NCBI GenBank assembly: GCA_032718475.1
Contig: JAUCBJ010007789.1
Coordinates: 40,011-104,010 of the forward strand
From: Nemertoderma westbladi
Taxonomy: Eukaryota; Animalia; Xenacoelomorpha
Length of the DNA: 64,000 bases
Reading direction: 5' to 3'
Below, one piece after another: positions 10,926 to 25,085 of this stretch (positions within the stretch are counted from its first letter, which is position 1; the number at the start of each line of letters is the position of its first letter). The notes beneath the pieces are model-generated. The model made no database searches and was not told where the DNA came from. It was given only the letters and a program-made list of their open reading frames with translations. The position numbers and the translations under genes were made by a program.

Positions 10926-10963
10926 CTCCCCCCCATGCTATCTTCCCGGTGAGAAGATAGCAT
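10926..10963 (-). promoter_or_regulatory. Polypurine tract and adjacent hairpin
   Basis: Minus strand G-run plus AG immediately precedes the 3' LTR TG. Upstream of it is an 11-bp inverted repeat atgctatcttc/gaagatagcat. Confidence 0.85.
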
Positions 10964-11639
10964 CCAACTAAAGTGCGCTACAATTCCGCTGGATCCCGAT
11001 CTAGCATCGGGTGTGGGGTGGGTATATTTTTTCTCGGAGTCGGCTTTCCAGGCAGCTCCCTATGGGTATGATGTCACTACCCTCTGGCGTCTCGTGTCGG
11101 GCCGATCGTGCGCTTCTCTCACACAATTTTTGTTTCCCCAACACTCTCACCACTCTACTCCAACTCTCGCATACTCCCGGACCTCCTCGTCCCACACTCT
11201 TCCTCTCACTTATCCCCCCCCACACTTGAATTGCGCCCACGCTCTCTTCGCACTCCGCACTATTACTCCATCCCTCATTGACTACCTTATCCCTTCTGAC
11301 GAATCTCACCCCCCCTCCGTGCCGTCGCACTCAGGAAATGTGAAATCGTCTGGCGTCTTGCCCCTAGTGCCATAGTCACTTAGCCCCCCAGTCCCAGTAG
11401 CTAATTGAGAAAGGTTGTATGACTATAGTACTTACACCACTCTCTCCGCACTCCGCACTATCACCTCTCCACTCTCTTGTCACTCCCTAAGGCTTTAATC
11501 TCTAATGCTACCCCTGTGCTATCATACTATCTACCTACTGCTTACTAACTCTAACTATCTAACTAACTCTGCTAACTCTACTCCACTAGCTCTGCTAACT
11601 CTACTAACTAGCTCTACTAACTCTACTCCACTCTTCTAA

Positions 11640-12900
11640 CTACGTGGCGCTTGCGGTGCCCACAACCCCTTTACTACTACTTCCTTCTACGTGGCGCTTG
11701 CGGTGCCCACAACCACTCTACTATCTGGCACCCTTTGTGCCCTTCTACTACTCAACTACCTCTCTAACACTCTAACCATACTACTTGGCACCCTATGTGC
11801 CCTCTCTACTACTCCACTCTCTGGCACCCTATGTGCCCTCTCAACTACCTCTAACACTCTAACTCTACTACCTGGCACCCTATGTGCCCTCTCTACTACC
11901 TCTAACACTCTAACTCTACTACTTGGCACCCTATGTGCCCTCTCTACTCTTCTACTACCTGGCACCCAATGTGCCCGTCTCTACTCCTCTACTCCCCCTT
12001 TACGTCTCATCGCCTACACGTGACGCTCTGAGTGCCGGCAGAGTGGGTACGTTAATTATGTGAACTACTACTGACTCTACTAACTCTCTTCTAACTCTAC
12101 TAACTCTTTTTGTGCCCGGCACCTCTTGTGCCCGGCACCTTCTAACTCTACTAACTCTCTACTAACTCAACTAACTCTACTACTAACTCAACTAACTCTA
12201 CTACTAACTATTTTTGTGCCCGGCACCTCTTGTGCCCGGCACCCACCCTAATTAACATACCCTGCTCTTACATCAAACACGTCATCACGCCCGTGCCCCA
12301 CTAAGTTCAGCGCATTCCCTACTAACTCTAACTGCGTGGCGCTTACGGTGCCCACAACCCTCTACTGCTACTACTAACACCCCTAACTAGTGGTACTACG
12401 TACCCTCTTACTACTCTAGCTCTCTCTACTAGCTAGCGGTACAACGTACCCTCTTACTCTTACTAACTCTCTAACGGTACTACGTACCCCTTAACTCCTA
12501 CTCTCTAACGGTACTGCGTACCCTCTAACTCTTACTCTCTAACGGTACTACGTACCCCTTAACTCCTACTCTCTAACGGTACTGCGTACCCTCTAACTCT
12601 CTAACTAACTAGTGGTACTTACGTACCCTCTAACTCTAACTAACTAGCGGTACTTACGTACCCTCTAACTCTCTTCTACTAACGGTACTACACGTACCCT
12701 CTTACTAACTCTTCTACTAACGGTACTACACGTACCCTCCTACTAACTCTTCTACTAATGGTACTACACGTACCCTCCTACTAACTCTTCTACTAACGGT
12801 ACTACACGTACCCTCCTACTAACTCTTCTACTAACGGTACTACACATACCCTCCTTTAACTAACTAACTAACTAACTAACTAACTACCTAACTTCTACCT
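11640..12900. repeat. Hairpin-unit arrays (GGCAC..GTGCC and GGTAC..GTACC) in the 3' untranslated region of element 2
   Basis: About 8 ggcac-N5-gtgcc units (11727-12240) and about 13 ggtac-N3-5-gtacc units (12390-12850) in CTA-rich spacers. Confidence 0.88.
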
Positions 12901-12924
12901 ACTCTATTATTTAATTATTTTTAA

Positions 12925-15900
12925 TTAAATAATTATTTTATATTTTGTGCGTGGGAAGGGCGTCTCGCCCTCATTCCCACCCCCCTCAGTCCAAAACTTT
13001 GGACGACTAAAAACTCTCACGTGCCCCTTCTTCCAGTAGGCACTCTCCTGCTGCCCTCCTATACGTCCTCTAACTCTTCGCCACACTCTCTTCGACACTA
13101 CCTCCGCTAGCCTCCCCCTTCGTATGTGCGCTGGCATTAAAGGCCTCGTCGACCCCCGCTCGTTCCTTGGAACACATGGCGTCTGCCCGTGCAATGCCCC
13201 CTCGCACTGTGTCCGTCCTGCGTGTGTATGCAACACGCCTCCTTCTACTTTCCCGACTCCCTTATGTTTGCTCATGGGCTTCTCTGCCCCTGGTCTAGTC
13301 CTTTCACATCCTCTCCCTTTCCAACACTCTCCGGATCTGTGTCCTTTTACCACACATCGATGACATAGTCCGTTTGCGTCTGTGTAGGCTACACGATCTC
13401 GTTTGGGCAACGCTTGCCAGTACTTGCAACTCCTGGTCTTATGGGTTCCGTCCCGATGTAATTGACATTGGAATCCTGGATTATAGCGTTTCCTGTATAG
13501 TCCTTCACGTATCGCGCTTAGGTTTATATGTACCGATTTAATGTTTTGGTTGTCTAGACTCGGCCTACTGGGTATATTGGGATTGTGTTTATTTTTGGTG
13601 TTATTTTCTTTCTGTCCCCGCCACGGTGTGGCCCTGCTCCCAGCTAACTGTGGACTAGCAGTCCCCTGTACGGCCGCGTGTGGTGGTGACTGTCCGCACG
13701 ACCTGCTCTCGTCCAGGGAGTTCGATGTTCTTGCTCCTATCGGGGTATATTGTCGATATTGTGATGGGGGAATGTCACCCTGTCCCCCCCCGGCCGGTAT
13801 GTTTGGTACTGGGGTTGATGTTAATACATTGGGGCCCATACGTCTATCTCCAATAACTCCCCCCTCCCCTGGATATATGTTATGTCCCTGTGTATTATAG
13901 TCATGCTGTTGTACCGATATAGGCCTACCTACCTCTCGCCTACCTACCGGTATGTACTCCGCGACTTCCGGGTTTAATCCCGTCGTTCGCGCTACCCCAT
14001 CGCCTACTCTATCTCTCCCAGCATGGCCTATAATAGTATGTGCAGTAAGGCCTACAATATGTCCTGCAGTCTGCATGTGCCCTTCCGAACCGAAGTTTAT
14101 TCTTCGCGAATCTTGTATCTCCCCGCGACTACCGTACTCTCGATCGGCAGCTATATCACGTCGGGAAGTTTCCCTTCGATCCCCTATCCTGCTCTCGTCT
14201 TCGTATTTGTACGTCCTGTACCCCTCTCTTGGCGTGCGGTGCGTTTCTCCGGGGCGACGGCAATCTCCCGAAGTTCGACCCCACTGATTCCCTGACTCCA
14301 TCTCTACTATCGACGGTCCGTTATCCGTCCTCGCACTCCTATCGTTCGTGGCGACACCTTTTCTACTATCTTCTCTTCTTCTCTTTTCTGTGTAGTATTC
14401 CGGCTTGTGAGATCTCTCGTCGACCTACCGGTTAAACTCCACTGTTCTTCTTCTCTCTTCTGGTCGGGCTCGACGCTTCGCCTGCCCTCTCGCGACGTCA
14501 ACCTGCCTCTCTCTGCTCGATCGCAAGCCGCTGGGGATACTCGCAATCCCCCTATTACTCTCCGTCGCCGGGTGTTGCGGTTTACCTAGCTCGGCCCGCG
14601 CATTATCCGCTGACGGCTGTGGGACACTCTCTACCCCCCCTCTCTCTCTACTAATCTCTCGCGGTGGGGTGCCCGTAGCCCCCCCCCACCCGCCACTTCT
14701 AACTTCACTATTTCTTACCACACTTCTATACCCCTCTTGTGGGGCATTCTCTGCCCCCCCTCTTTCGCCACTAATCTTATGTGGTGGGGCGCCCGTAGCC
14801 CCCCCCCACCCGCCACATCTAACTTCACTATCTCTCACTTCGTCTCTACACCCCTCTCTAGTCGACGCACTGTCTCTACTACGGCTGGGTCTATTCACCC
14901 CCGCCTCTCTCTCTACTACTGCGTGGCCCATCAGGCCTACTTCGGGTTGGCTCAACCCCGCTACTTCCTGCCTACCAACTACGTGGCCTACCAGGCCGCC
15001 GTCGGGTTGGCTCAACCCTGCCACCTCCTGCCTACTAACTACGTGGCCTACCAGGCCACCGTCTGCCGGGTTATGTACGTCCGACACGCTCATATTAATA
15101 GCACCATTCCCAATATTATTTGTTAAATCAATTAAATTATTAGAATTTGAAATGGGATTATTATTTAAATTATTTAAATTACTTGGATCACTACTATTCT
15201 CTAAACTTAAATTATTATTCGAATTATTTTTCGGGTTTGAATTGAAATTATTATTTAGAGTATTTGTATTTAAATTTAAATTACTACTACCCGGTAAAAT
15301 ATTATTTCCTGTAATAAAGGGATTAGGGTTATTTACTACGGTACTATTAATATTATCTACTTCTAACGTACTATTATTACCCCCCCCCCCCCCCCGCCCG
15401 TACGGCTACACCAGCTCTGGTTCTCTCGCTCGCTGCTTGTAAGTGGGGGCTCACTCTCTGACATTTCCAACCGCGCCAGTTCTAGTCGGCGCTGGTCTAG
15501 TTTGGCTTGATATTGCGCAAGCCTCCCTAGCTGAGCACGCAAATCTTCCCGCTCACGCTCTATCTCTATCTCTCTCTTTATGCACTCTCGTAAACTTTGC
15601 TCGGCCAACTCGGTATCTCTCGCAACCATCTCAAGCCACGTCGCCGGCTCGTCCCCTACTCTCATCTCCCGCTCTCTACACTCCTTGACTCTCTCTCTAT
15701 CCTCCCTTGCCCACTCTCTTTCTCTCTCCAACCATGCGGTTTCCTCTCTCAATTGTCTCTCTAACTCATTCTGCTCTGTCGCCACCATCGCTAATTCATA
15801 CGTCAGATTTATTTTCAGCACCCTTCTTTCTTTCGCGGAGGATGTAGCAGACTTATCGGTTGCGACGGACTCCCGCCGCCCCTCCGTCCTATCAGCTTTC

Positions 15901-16644
15901 CCCCGCCTCCCGGAACTTCCTCCGACCGACGAGACCGAATCCTCGGGTTTAACCTCGGATTCGCCCTCCTCAGGTCTCTTCCAACCCACTAATTTTATAT
16001 CCTGGGCATCGACTAAGTATGGCCCTATGTACACTACACTAGGTTCCATACCCCCACATTCCCATAGTTTAATCAGTTCGTTGGCAACCCCTCTCGCTCT
16101 CTCCTCGGCCAGTTCTCTCTGCCCAGAACACACTAGGTGATCAAAGTATCTGTTCGACTCACCTAGTCCTTTCCTCAGTCTCACCTCGTCTATTTTCGCC
16201 CCTCCTTTAGCCTCTCTCAGTTGCTCCCGGGTCGCGAGGTAGGCCCGTCGAAGTCGATCAGAAACCCCGACGTCCTCGTCGCCGACCTCTCTTCCGTCTC
16301 TCCGGGTCCGACGTCGTACCGACGGCCCCACCGTCGCCGTTCCGGTGGACCGTTCGTCGTCCTCGGCCTGTGGCTGGCCGGTGACATCGGTATGTCGACC
16401 CTCGCTCCGCGTCGACTCGTCTTTCTCTTCTCCTCCCTTGTCGTCTCCTTCCCTCGACTCGCTCTCCGATTGTAGACGACCCCCCACATCTTGGTTCGCC
16501 GGGTTGCTCGTTGTCAACCTGCGTCGACGTGGTCGGCGTAGCATCGATCGGCGTCGTGGGTTCGTATCGTCTCGCCGTGGCCTCGCGGATCGTTAGATCG
16601 TCGTCCGGGGTCCGCGGCGGTGTCGTTCCTCTATCTCGACTCAT
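12925..16644 (-). pseudogene. Gag-derived ORFs of element 2 (capsid core and pol deleted; zinc knuckles retained)
   Basis: ORFs 16258-16644, 15363-16544, 14425-15093, 14307-14546 and 12925-14301 align to element 1 Gag; CQLH..H..C and CHRC..GH..C present. Confidence 0.85.
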
Positions 16645-16733
16645 CTTCGTCTTTAGTAGCTGGTCGTCGCTAGCTAGGACGGTAGCTCTATTCTATCTCT
16701 GTCAGGGCAGCTGGGCGGATCTAGTTCTGTCAC

Positions 16734-17262
16734 TGTGACGGGATCTACGGATCCCGGTTTATCCGTTGGGTTTTCTATCCACGCGTCCCCGCCGTGTGTG
16801 AAAGGTAAAAGAGTTCCGATGTTGGGTAATATGTATAAAGGTATAATAGTCTGATAGTTGATATAGTATAGTATGACACAACAGGTAATATATAATGGCG
16901 GTAGCGGACGGTGAAAGAAGTCCCCGTTCCACCCTACTGATCTGACTGAGTAAACTGAATGAATGATTACAGGTTACTGGTTATATTGCACGGTGGCCTT
17001 ATTGCTACTCAATCGATGCCTTTCCCCCCTCTGATTGGTTGATATCCCTGTTGGCACCCTTTGGAGTGTTTCCCTTCACTCCCTGTGTTCTCTCTGGGTT
17101 AGGGGTTTGGCCCCTGACCCCTATTGTGTGTGTCTCCTTTGGGGCCTATTGTCCCCGTTTACTGGGCTGACACGAGGTTGATTGGTAATCAACCTCGTGC
17201 TCCCAATATTGCTTTATGGCTCACTCTATGGGTTTGTGTTAGCGGAATTGGATAAGCTAACA
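16734..17262 (-). repeat. 5' LTR of element 2
   Basis: Direct repeat of 10397-10925, TG..CA ends, followed by TSD gtttc. Confidence 0.97.
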
Positions 17263-20200
17263 GTTTCAGCGCTTCAGAGAGATAATAATATAAGAGTTTA
17301 TCAGTGCTTCAGAGAGATAATAATATAAGAGTTTATCAGCGCTTCAGAGAGATAATAATATAAGAGTTTATCATTGCTTCAGAGAGATAAAAATATAAGA
17401 GTTTATCAGCGCTTCAGAGAGATAATAATATAAGAGTTTATCAGTGCTTCAGAGAGATAATAATATAAGAGTTTCAGCGCTTCAGAGAGATAATAATATA
17501 AGAGTTTCAGCGCTTCAGAGAGATAATAATATAAGAGTTTATTAGTGCTTCAGAGAGATAATAATATAAGAGTTTATCAGCGCTTCAGAGAGATAATAAT
17601 ATAAGAGTTTATCAGTGCTTCAGAGAGATAATAATATAAGAGTTTTTCAGCGCTTCAGAGAGATAATAATATAAGAGTTTATCAGTGCTTCAGAGAGATA
17701 ATAATATAAGAGTTTATCAGTGCTTCAGAGATATAATAATATAAGAGTTTATCAGCGCTTCAGAGAGATAATAATATAAGAGTTTAACAGCGCTTCAGAG
17801 ATATAATAATATAAGAGTTTCAGCGCTTCAGAGAGATAATAATATAAGAGTTTATCAGCGCTTCAGAGAGATAATAATATAAGAGTTTATCAGCGCTTCA
17901 GAGAGATAATAATATAAGAGTTTATCATTGCTTCAGAGAGATAATAATATAAGAGTTTCAGCGCTTCAGAGAGATAATAATATAAGAGTTTCAGCGCTTC
18001 AGAGAGATAATAATATAAGAGTTTATCAGTGCTTCAGAGAGATAATAATATAAGAGTTTATCAGCGCTTCGGAGAGATAATAATATAAGAGTATATCATT
18101 GCTTCAGAGAGATAATAATATAAGAGTTTATCTGTGCTTCAGAGAGATAATAATATAAGAGTTTATCAGTGCTTCAGACAGTTTACCAGTGCTTCAGAGA
18201 GATAATAATATAAGAGTTTCAGCGCTTCAGAGAGATAATAATATAAGAGTTTCAGCGCTTCAGAGAGATAATAATATAAGAGTTTATCAGTGCTTCAGAG
18301 AGATAATAATATAAGAGTTTATCAGCGCTTCAGAGAGATAATAATATAAGAGTTTATCAGTGCTTCAGAGAGATAATAATATAAGAGTTTATCAGCGCTT
18401 CAGAGAGATAATAATATAAGAGTTTATCAGTGCTTCAGAGATATAATAATATAAGAGTTTATCAGCGCTTCAGAGAGATAATAATATAAGAGTTTAACAG
18501 CGCTTCAGAGATATAATAATATAAGAGTTTCAGCGCTTCAGAGAGATAATAATATAAGAGTTTATCAGCGCTTCAGAGAGATAATAATATAAGAGTTTAT
18601 CAGCGCTTCAGAGAGATAATAATATAAGAGTTTATCATTGCTTCAGAGAGATAATAATATAAGAGTTTCAGCGCTTCAGAGAGATAATAATATAAGAGAT
18701 TCAGCGCTTCAGAGAGATAATAATATAAGAGTTTATCAGTGCTTCAGAGAGATAATAATATAAGAGTTTATCAGCGCTTCAGAGAGATAATAATATAAGA
18801 GTTTATCAGCGCTTCAGAGAGATAATAATATAAGAGTATATCATTGCTTCAGAGAGATAATAATATAAGAGTTTATCTGTGCTTCAGAGAGATAATAATA
18901 TAAGAGTTTATCAGTGCTTCAGACAGTTTACCAGTGCTTCAGAGAGATAATAATATAAGAGTTTCAGCGCTTCAGAGAGATAATAATATAAGAGTTTCAG
19001 CGCTTCAGAGAGATAATAATATAAGAGTTTACCAGTGCTTCAGAGAGATAATAATATAAGAGTTTATCAGTGCTTCAGAGAGATAATAATATAAGAGTTT
19101 CAGCGCTTCAGAGATATAATAATATAAGAGTTCATCATTGCTTCAGAGAGATAATAATATAAGAGTTTATCAGTGCTTCAGAGAGATAATAATATAAGAG
19201 TTTATCAGCGCTTCAGAGAGATAATAATATAAGAGTTCATCAGTGCTTCAGAGATATAATAATATAAGAGTTTATCAGCGCTTCAGAGAGATAATAATAT
19301 AAGAGTTTATCAGCGCTTCAGAGAGATAATAATATAAGAGTTTATCAGTGCTTCAGAGATATAATAATATAAGAGTTTATCAGTGCTTCAGAGAGATAAT
19401 AATATAAGAGTTTATCAGTGCTTCAGAGAGATAATAATATAAGAGTTTATCAGCGCTTCAGAGAGATAATAATATAAGAGTTTATCAGCGCTTCAGAGAG
19501 ATAATAATATAAGAGTTTATCAGCGCTTCAGAGAGATAATAATATAAGAGTTTATCAGCGCTTCAGAGAGATAATAATATAAGAATTTATCAGCGCTTCA
19601 GAGAGATAATAATATAAGAGTTTATCAGCGCTTCAGAGAGATAATAATATAAGAGTTTATCAGTGCTTCAGAGATATAATAATATAAGAGTTTATCAGTG
19701 CTTCAGAGAGATAATAATATAAGAGTTTATCAGTGCTTCAGAGAGATAATAATATAAGAGTTTATCAGCGCTTCAGAGAGATAATAATATAAGAGTTTAT
19801 CAGCGCTTCAGAGAGATAATAATATAAGAGTTTATCAGTGCTTCAGAGAGATAATAATATAAGAGTTTATCAGTGCTTCAGAGAGATAATAATATAAGAG
19901 TTTATCAGCGCTTCAGAGAGATAATAATATAAGAGTTTATCTGTGCTTCAGAGAGATAATAATATAAGAGTTTATCAGTGCTTCAGAGAGATAATAATAT
20001 AAGAGTTTATCAGTGCTTCAGAGAGATAATAATATAAGAGTTTATCAGCGCTTCAGAGAGATAATAATATAAGAGTTTATCAGCGCTTCAGAGATATAAT
20101 AATATAAGAGTTTATCAGTGCTTCAGAGAGATAATAATATAAGAGTTTATCAGTGCTTCAGAGATATAATAATATAAGAGTTTATCAGTGCTTCAGAGAG

Positions 20201-23200
20201 ATAATAATATAAGAGTTTATCAGCGCTTCAGAGAGATAATAATATAAGAGTTTATCTGTGCTTCAGAGAGATAATAATATAAGAGTTTGTCAGTGCTTCA
20301 GAGAGATAATAATATAAGAGTTTATCAGCGCTTCAGAGAGATAATAATATAAGAGTTTATCAGTCAGTGCTTCAGAGAGATAATAATATAAGAGTTTATC
20401 AGTGCTTCAGAGAGATAATAATATAAGAGTTTATCAGTGCTTCAGAGAGATAATAATATAAGAGTTTATCAGTGCTTCAGAGATATAATAATATAAGAGT
20501 TTATCAGCGCTTCAGAGAGATAATAATATAAGAGTTTATCAGCGCTTCAGAGAGATAATAATATAAGAGTTTATCTGTGCTTCAGAGAGATAATAATATA
20601 AGAGTTTATCAGTGCTTCTGAGATATAATAATATAAGAGTTTATCAGTGCTTCAGAGAGATAATAATATAAGAGTTTATCAGTGCTTCAGACAGTTTATC
20701 AGTGCTTCAGAGAGATAATAATATAAGAGTTTATCAGCGCTTCAGAGATAATAATATAAGAGTTTCAGCGCTTCAGAGAGATAATAATATAAGAGTTTGT
20801 CAGTGCTTCAGAGAGATAATAATATAAGAGTTTATCAGCGCTTCAGAGAGATAATAATATAAGAGTTTATCAGTCAGTGCTTCAGAGAGATAATAATATA
20901 AGAGTTTATCAGCGCTTCAGAGAGATAATAATATAAGAGTTTATCAGTGCTTCAGAGATATAATAATATAAGAGTTTATCAGTGCTTCAGAGAGATAATA
21001 ATATAAGAGTTTATCAGTGCTTCAGAGAGATAATAATATAAGAGTTTATCAGCGCTTCAGAGAGATAATAATATAAGAGTTTATCAGCGCTTCAGAGAGA
21101 TAATAATATAAGAGTTTATCAGTGCTTCAGAGAGATAATAATATAAGAGTTTATCAGTGCTTCAGAGAGATAATAATATAAGAGTTTATCAGCGCTTCAG
21201 AGAGATAATAATATAAGAGTTTATCTGTGCTTCAGAGAGATAATAATATAAGAGTTTATCAGTGCTTCAGAGAGATAATAATATAAGAGTTTATCAGTGC
21301 TTCAGAGAGATAATAATATAAGAGTTTATCAGCGCTTCAGAGAGATAATAATATAAGAGTTTATCAGCGCTTCAGAGATATAATAATATAAGAGTTTATC
21401 AGTGCTTCAGAGAGATAATAATATAAGAGTTTATCAGTGCTTCAGAGATATAATAATATAAGAGTTTATCAGTGCTTCAGAGAGATAATAATATAAGAGT
21501 TTATCAGCGCTTCAGAGAGATAATAATATAAGAGTTTATCTGTGCTTCAGAGAGATAATAATATAAGAGTTTGTCAGTGCTTCAGAGAGATAATAATATA
21601 AGAGTTTATCAGCGCTTCAGAGAGATAATAATATAAGAGTTTATCAGTCAGTGCTTCAGAGAGATAATAATATAAGAGTTTATCAGTGCTTCAGAGAGAT
21701 AATAATATAAGAGTTTATCAGTGCTTCAGAGAGATAATAATATAAGAGTTTATCAGTGCTTCAGAGATATAATAATATAAGAGTTTATCAGCGCTTCAGA
21801 GAGATAATAATATAAGAGTTTATCAGCGCTTCAGAGAGATAATAATATAAGAGTTTATCTGTGCTTCAGAGAGATAATAATATAAGAGTTTATCAGTGCT
21901 TCTGAGATATAATAATATAAGAGTTTATCAGTGCTTCAGAGAGATAATAATATAAGAGTTTATCAGTGCTTCAGACAGTTTATCAGTGCTTCAGAGAGAT
22001 AATAATATAAGAGTTTATCAGCGCTTCAGAGATAATAATATAAGAGTTTCAGCGCTTCAGAGAGATAATAATATAAGAGTTTGTCAGTGCTTCAGAGAGA
22101 TAATAATATAAGAGTTTATCAGCGCTTCAGAGAGATAATAATATAAGAGTTTATCAGTCAGTGCTTCAGAGAGATAATAATATAAGAGTTTATCAGTGCT
22201 TCAGAGAGATAATAATATAAGAGTTTATCAGTGCTTCAGAGAGATAATAATATAAGAGTTTATCAGTGCTTCAGAGATATAATAATATAAGAGTTTATCA
22301 GCGCTTCAGAGAGATAATAATATAAGAGTTTATCAGCGCTTCAGAGAGATAATAATATAAGAGTTTATCTGTGCTTCAGAGAGATAATAATATAAGAGTT
22401 TATCAGTGCTTCTGAGATATAATAATATAAGAGTTTATCAGTGCTTCAGAGAGATAATAATATAAGAGTTTATCAGTGCTTCAGACAGTTTATCAGTGCT
22501 TCAGAGAGATATTAATATAAGAGTTTATCAGCGCTTCAGAGATAATAATATAAGAGTTTCAGCGCTTCAGAGAGATAATAATATAAGAGTTTATCAGTGC
22601 TTCAGAGATATAATAATATAAGAGTTCATCATTGCTTCAGAGAGATAATAATATAAGAGTTTATCAGTGCTTCAGAGAGATAATAATATAAGAGTTTATC
22701 AGTGCTTCAGAGAGATAATAATATAAGAGTTTATCAGTGCTTCAGAGATAATAATATAAGAGTTTCAGCGCTTCAGAGAGATAATAATATAGGAGTTTAT
22801 CAGTGCTTCAGAGATATAATAATATAAGAGTTCATCATTGCTTCAGAGAGATAATAATATAAGAGTTTATCAGTGCTTCAGAGAGATAATAATATAAGAG
22901 TTTATCAGCGCTTCAGAGAGATAATAATATAAGAGTTTATCAGTGCTTCAGAGAGATAATAATATAAGAGTTTATCAGTGCTTCAGACAGTTTATCAGTG
23001 CTTCAGAGAGATAATAATATAAGAGTTTATCAGTGCTTCAGACAGTTTATCAGTGCTTCAGAGAGATAATAATATAAGAGTTTATCAGCGCTTCAGAGAG
23101 ATAATAATATAAGAGTTTATCAGTGCTTCAGACAGTTTATCAGTGCTTCAGAGAGATAATAATATAAGAGTTTATCAGTGCTTCAGAGATAATAATATAA

Positions 23201-24580
23201 GAGTTTCAGCGCTTCAGAGAGATAATAATATAAGAGTTTATCAGTGCTTCAGAGATATAATAATATAAGAGTTCATCATTGCTTCAGAGAGATAATAATA
23301 TAAGAGTTTATCAGTGCTTCAGAGAGATAATAATATAAGAGTTTATCAGCGCTTCAGAGAGATAATAATATAAGAGTTTATCAGTGCTTCAGAGAGATAA
23401 TAATATAAGAGTTTATCAGTGCTTCAGACAGTTTATCAGTGCTTCAGAGAGATAATAATATAAGAGTTTATCAGCGCTTCAGAGAGATAATAATATAAGA
23501 GTTTATCAGTGCTTCAGAGAGATAATAATATAAGAGTTTATCAGCGCTTCAGAGAGATAATAATATAACAGTTTATCAGCGCTTTAGAGAGATAATAATA
23601 TAAGGGTTTATCAGCGCTTCAGAGAGATAATAATATAAGAGTTTATCAGCACTTCAGAGAGATAATAATATAAGAGTTTATCTGTGCTTCAGAGAGATAA
23701 TAATATAAGAGTTTATCAGTGCTTCAGACAGTTTACCAGTGCTTCAGAGAGATAATAATATACGAGTTTATCAGTGCTTCAGAGAGATAATAATATAAGA
23801 GTTTATCAGCGCTTCAGAGAGATAATAATATACGAGTTTATCAGTGCTTCAGAGATATAATAATATAAGAGTTTATCAGCGCTTCAGAGAGATAATAATA
23901 TAAGAGTTTATCAGTGCTTCAGAGATATAAGAGTTTATCAGCGCTTCAGAGAGATAATAATATAAGAGTTTAACAGCGCTTCAGAGATATAATAATATAA
24001 GAGTTTATCAGCGCTTCAGAGAGATAAAAATATAAGAGTTTAACAGCGCTTCAGAGATATAATAATATAAGAGTTTATCAGTGCTTCAGAGAGATAATAA
24101 TATAAGAGTTTATCAGTGCTTCAGAGAGATAATAATATACGAGTTTATCAGTGCTTCAGAGAGATAATAATATAAGAGTTTATCAGCGCTTCAGAGAGAT
24201 AATAATATACGAGTTTATCAGTGCTTCAGAGATATAATAATATAAGAGTTTATCAGCGCTTCAGAGAGATAATAATATAAGAGTTTATCAGTGCTTCAGA
24301 GATATAAGAGTTTATCAGCGCTTCAGAGAGATAATAATATAAGAGTTTAACAGCGCTTCAGAGATATAATAATATAAGAGTTTATCAGCGCTTCAGAGAG
24401 ATAATAATATAAGAGTTTAACAGCGCTTCAGAGATATAATAATATAAGAGTTTATCAGTGCTTCAGAGAGATAATAATATAAGAGTTTATCAGCGCTTCA
24501 GAGAGATAATAATATACGAGTTTATCAGTGCTTCAGAGAGATAATAATATAAGAGTTTTGTCTGTGCTTCAGAGAGATAA
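17263..24580. repeat. 35-bp satellite array (~210 units) with higher-order duplications
   Basis: Continuous head-to-tail 35-bp unit; rare variants recur at 510, 745 and 1284 bp spacing. Confidence 0.99.
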
Positions 24581-25085
24581 TTATTAAGCAATATTTGTCT
24601 TTCAGATTACCATAGTTCTAAAAACCTGTTGGTACCTATGAAGTTGGTAATGTATAGATGTATATATTATATTTGTAAGTATAGTTTGTTAGGAGTTGGA
24701 TGTACTTGTGCAGTATTTACAGTATGTACATGTACAATACAGTAGTACTATGTATTTATTGTATTTATGTTGGCTTTTTGCTTATACTGTATATATGTAA
24801 TGTAATGTACTGTATATTGTGTATTGGTACGTATTTTTATGAGTCGTATGTATATATTGTATTTATGTGTATATTTATATAATGAATATATATATATATT
24901 ATTATTGTATACATAAATCTACATTGTGCATGTTTACATGGAAAGGGAACAGGTTACAGTGGTTTCTAACCAAAAACCATAAACAAAACTTTATTGCATT
25001 TGAGTAGGAGAGAACTTTTTCTAATTGCGGTCAGAGTGCTCCGCAATCTGAACACTTTACCTAACGACCCTATTATTATACGAAC

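Larger units (their letters stand above)
10397..17262 (-). mobile_element. Non-autonomous BEL/Pao LTR element (element 2), full length, recent insertion
   Basis: LTRs 10397-10925 and 16734-17262 (529 bp, 2 differences seen). TSD GTTTC at 10392-10396 and 17263-17267. PPT next to the 3' LTR. Gag-derived ORFs homologous to element 1; no protease, RT or RNase H. Confidence 0.96.

Noticed and set aside
11001-11375. Short ORFs near the 3' LTR of element 2 as a possible env
   Set aside because: Short, no convincing signal peptide, transmembrane segment or fusion motif.
17263-24580. 35-bp repeat of CRISPR-like length
   Set aside because: Units are head-to-tail with no unique spacers, no cas genes are present, and the context is eukaryotic; it is a satellite.
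24607-24647. Possible plus-strand micro-exon (ttttcAG...GTaatg)
   Set aside because: Splice-like dinucleotides only; no coding support.
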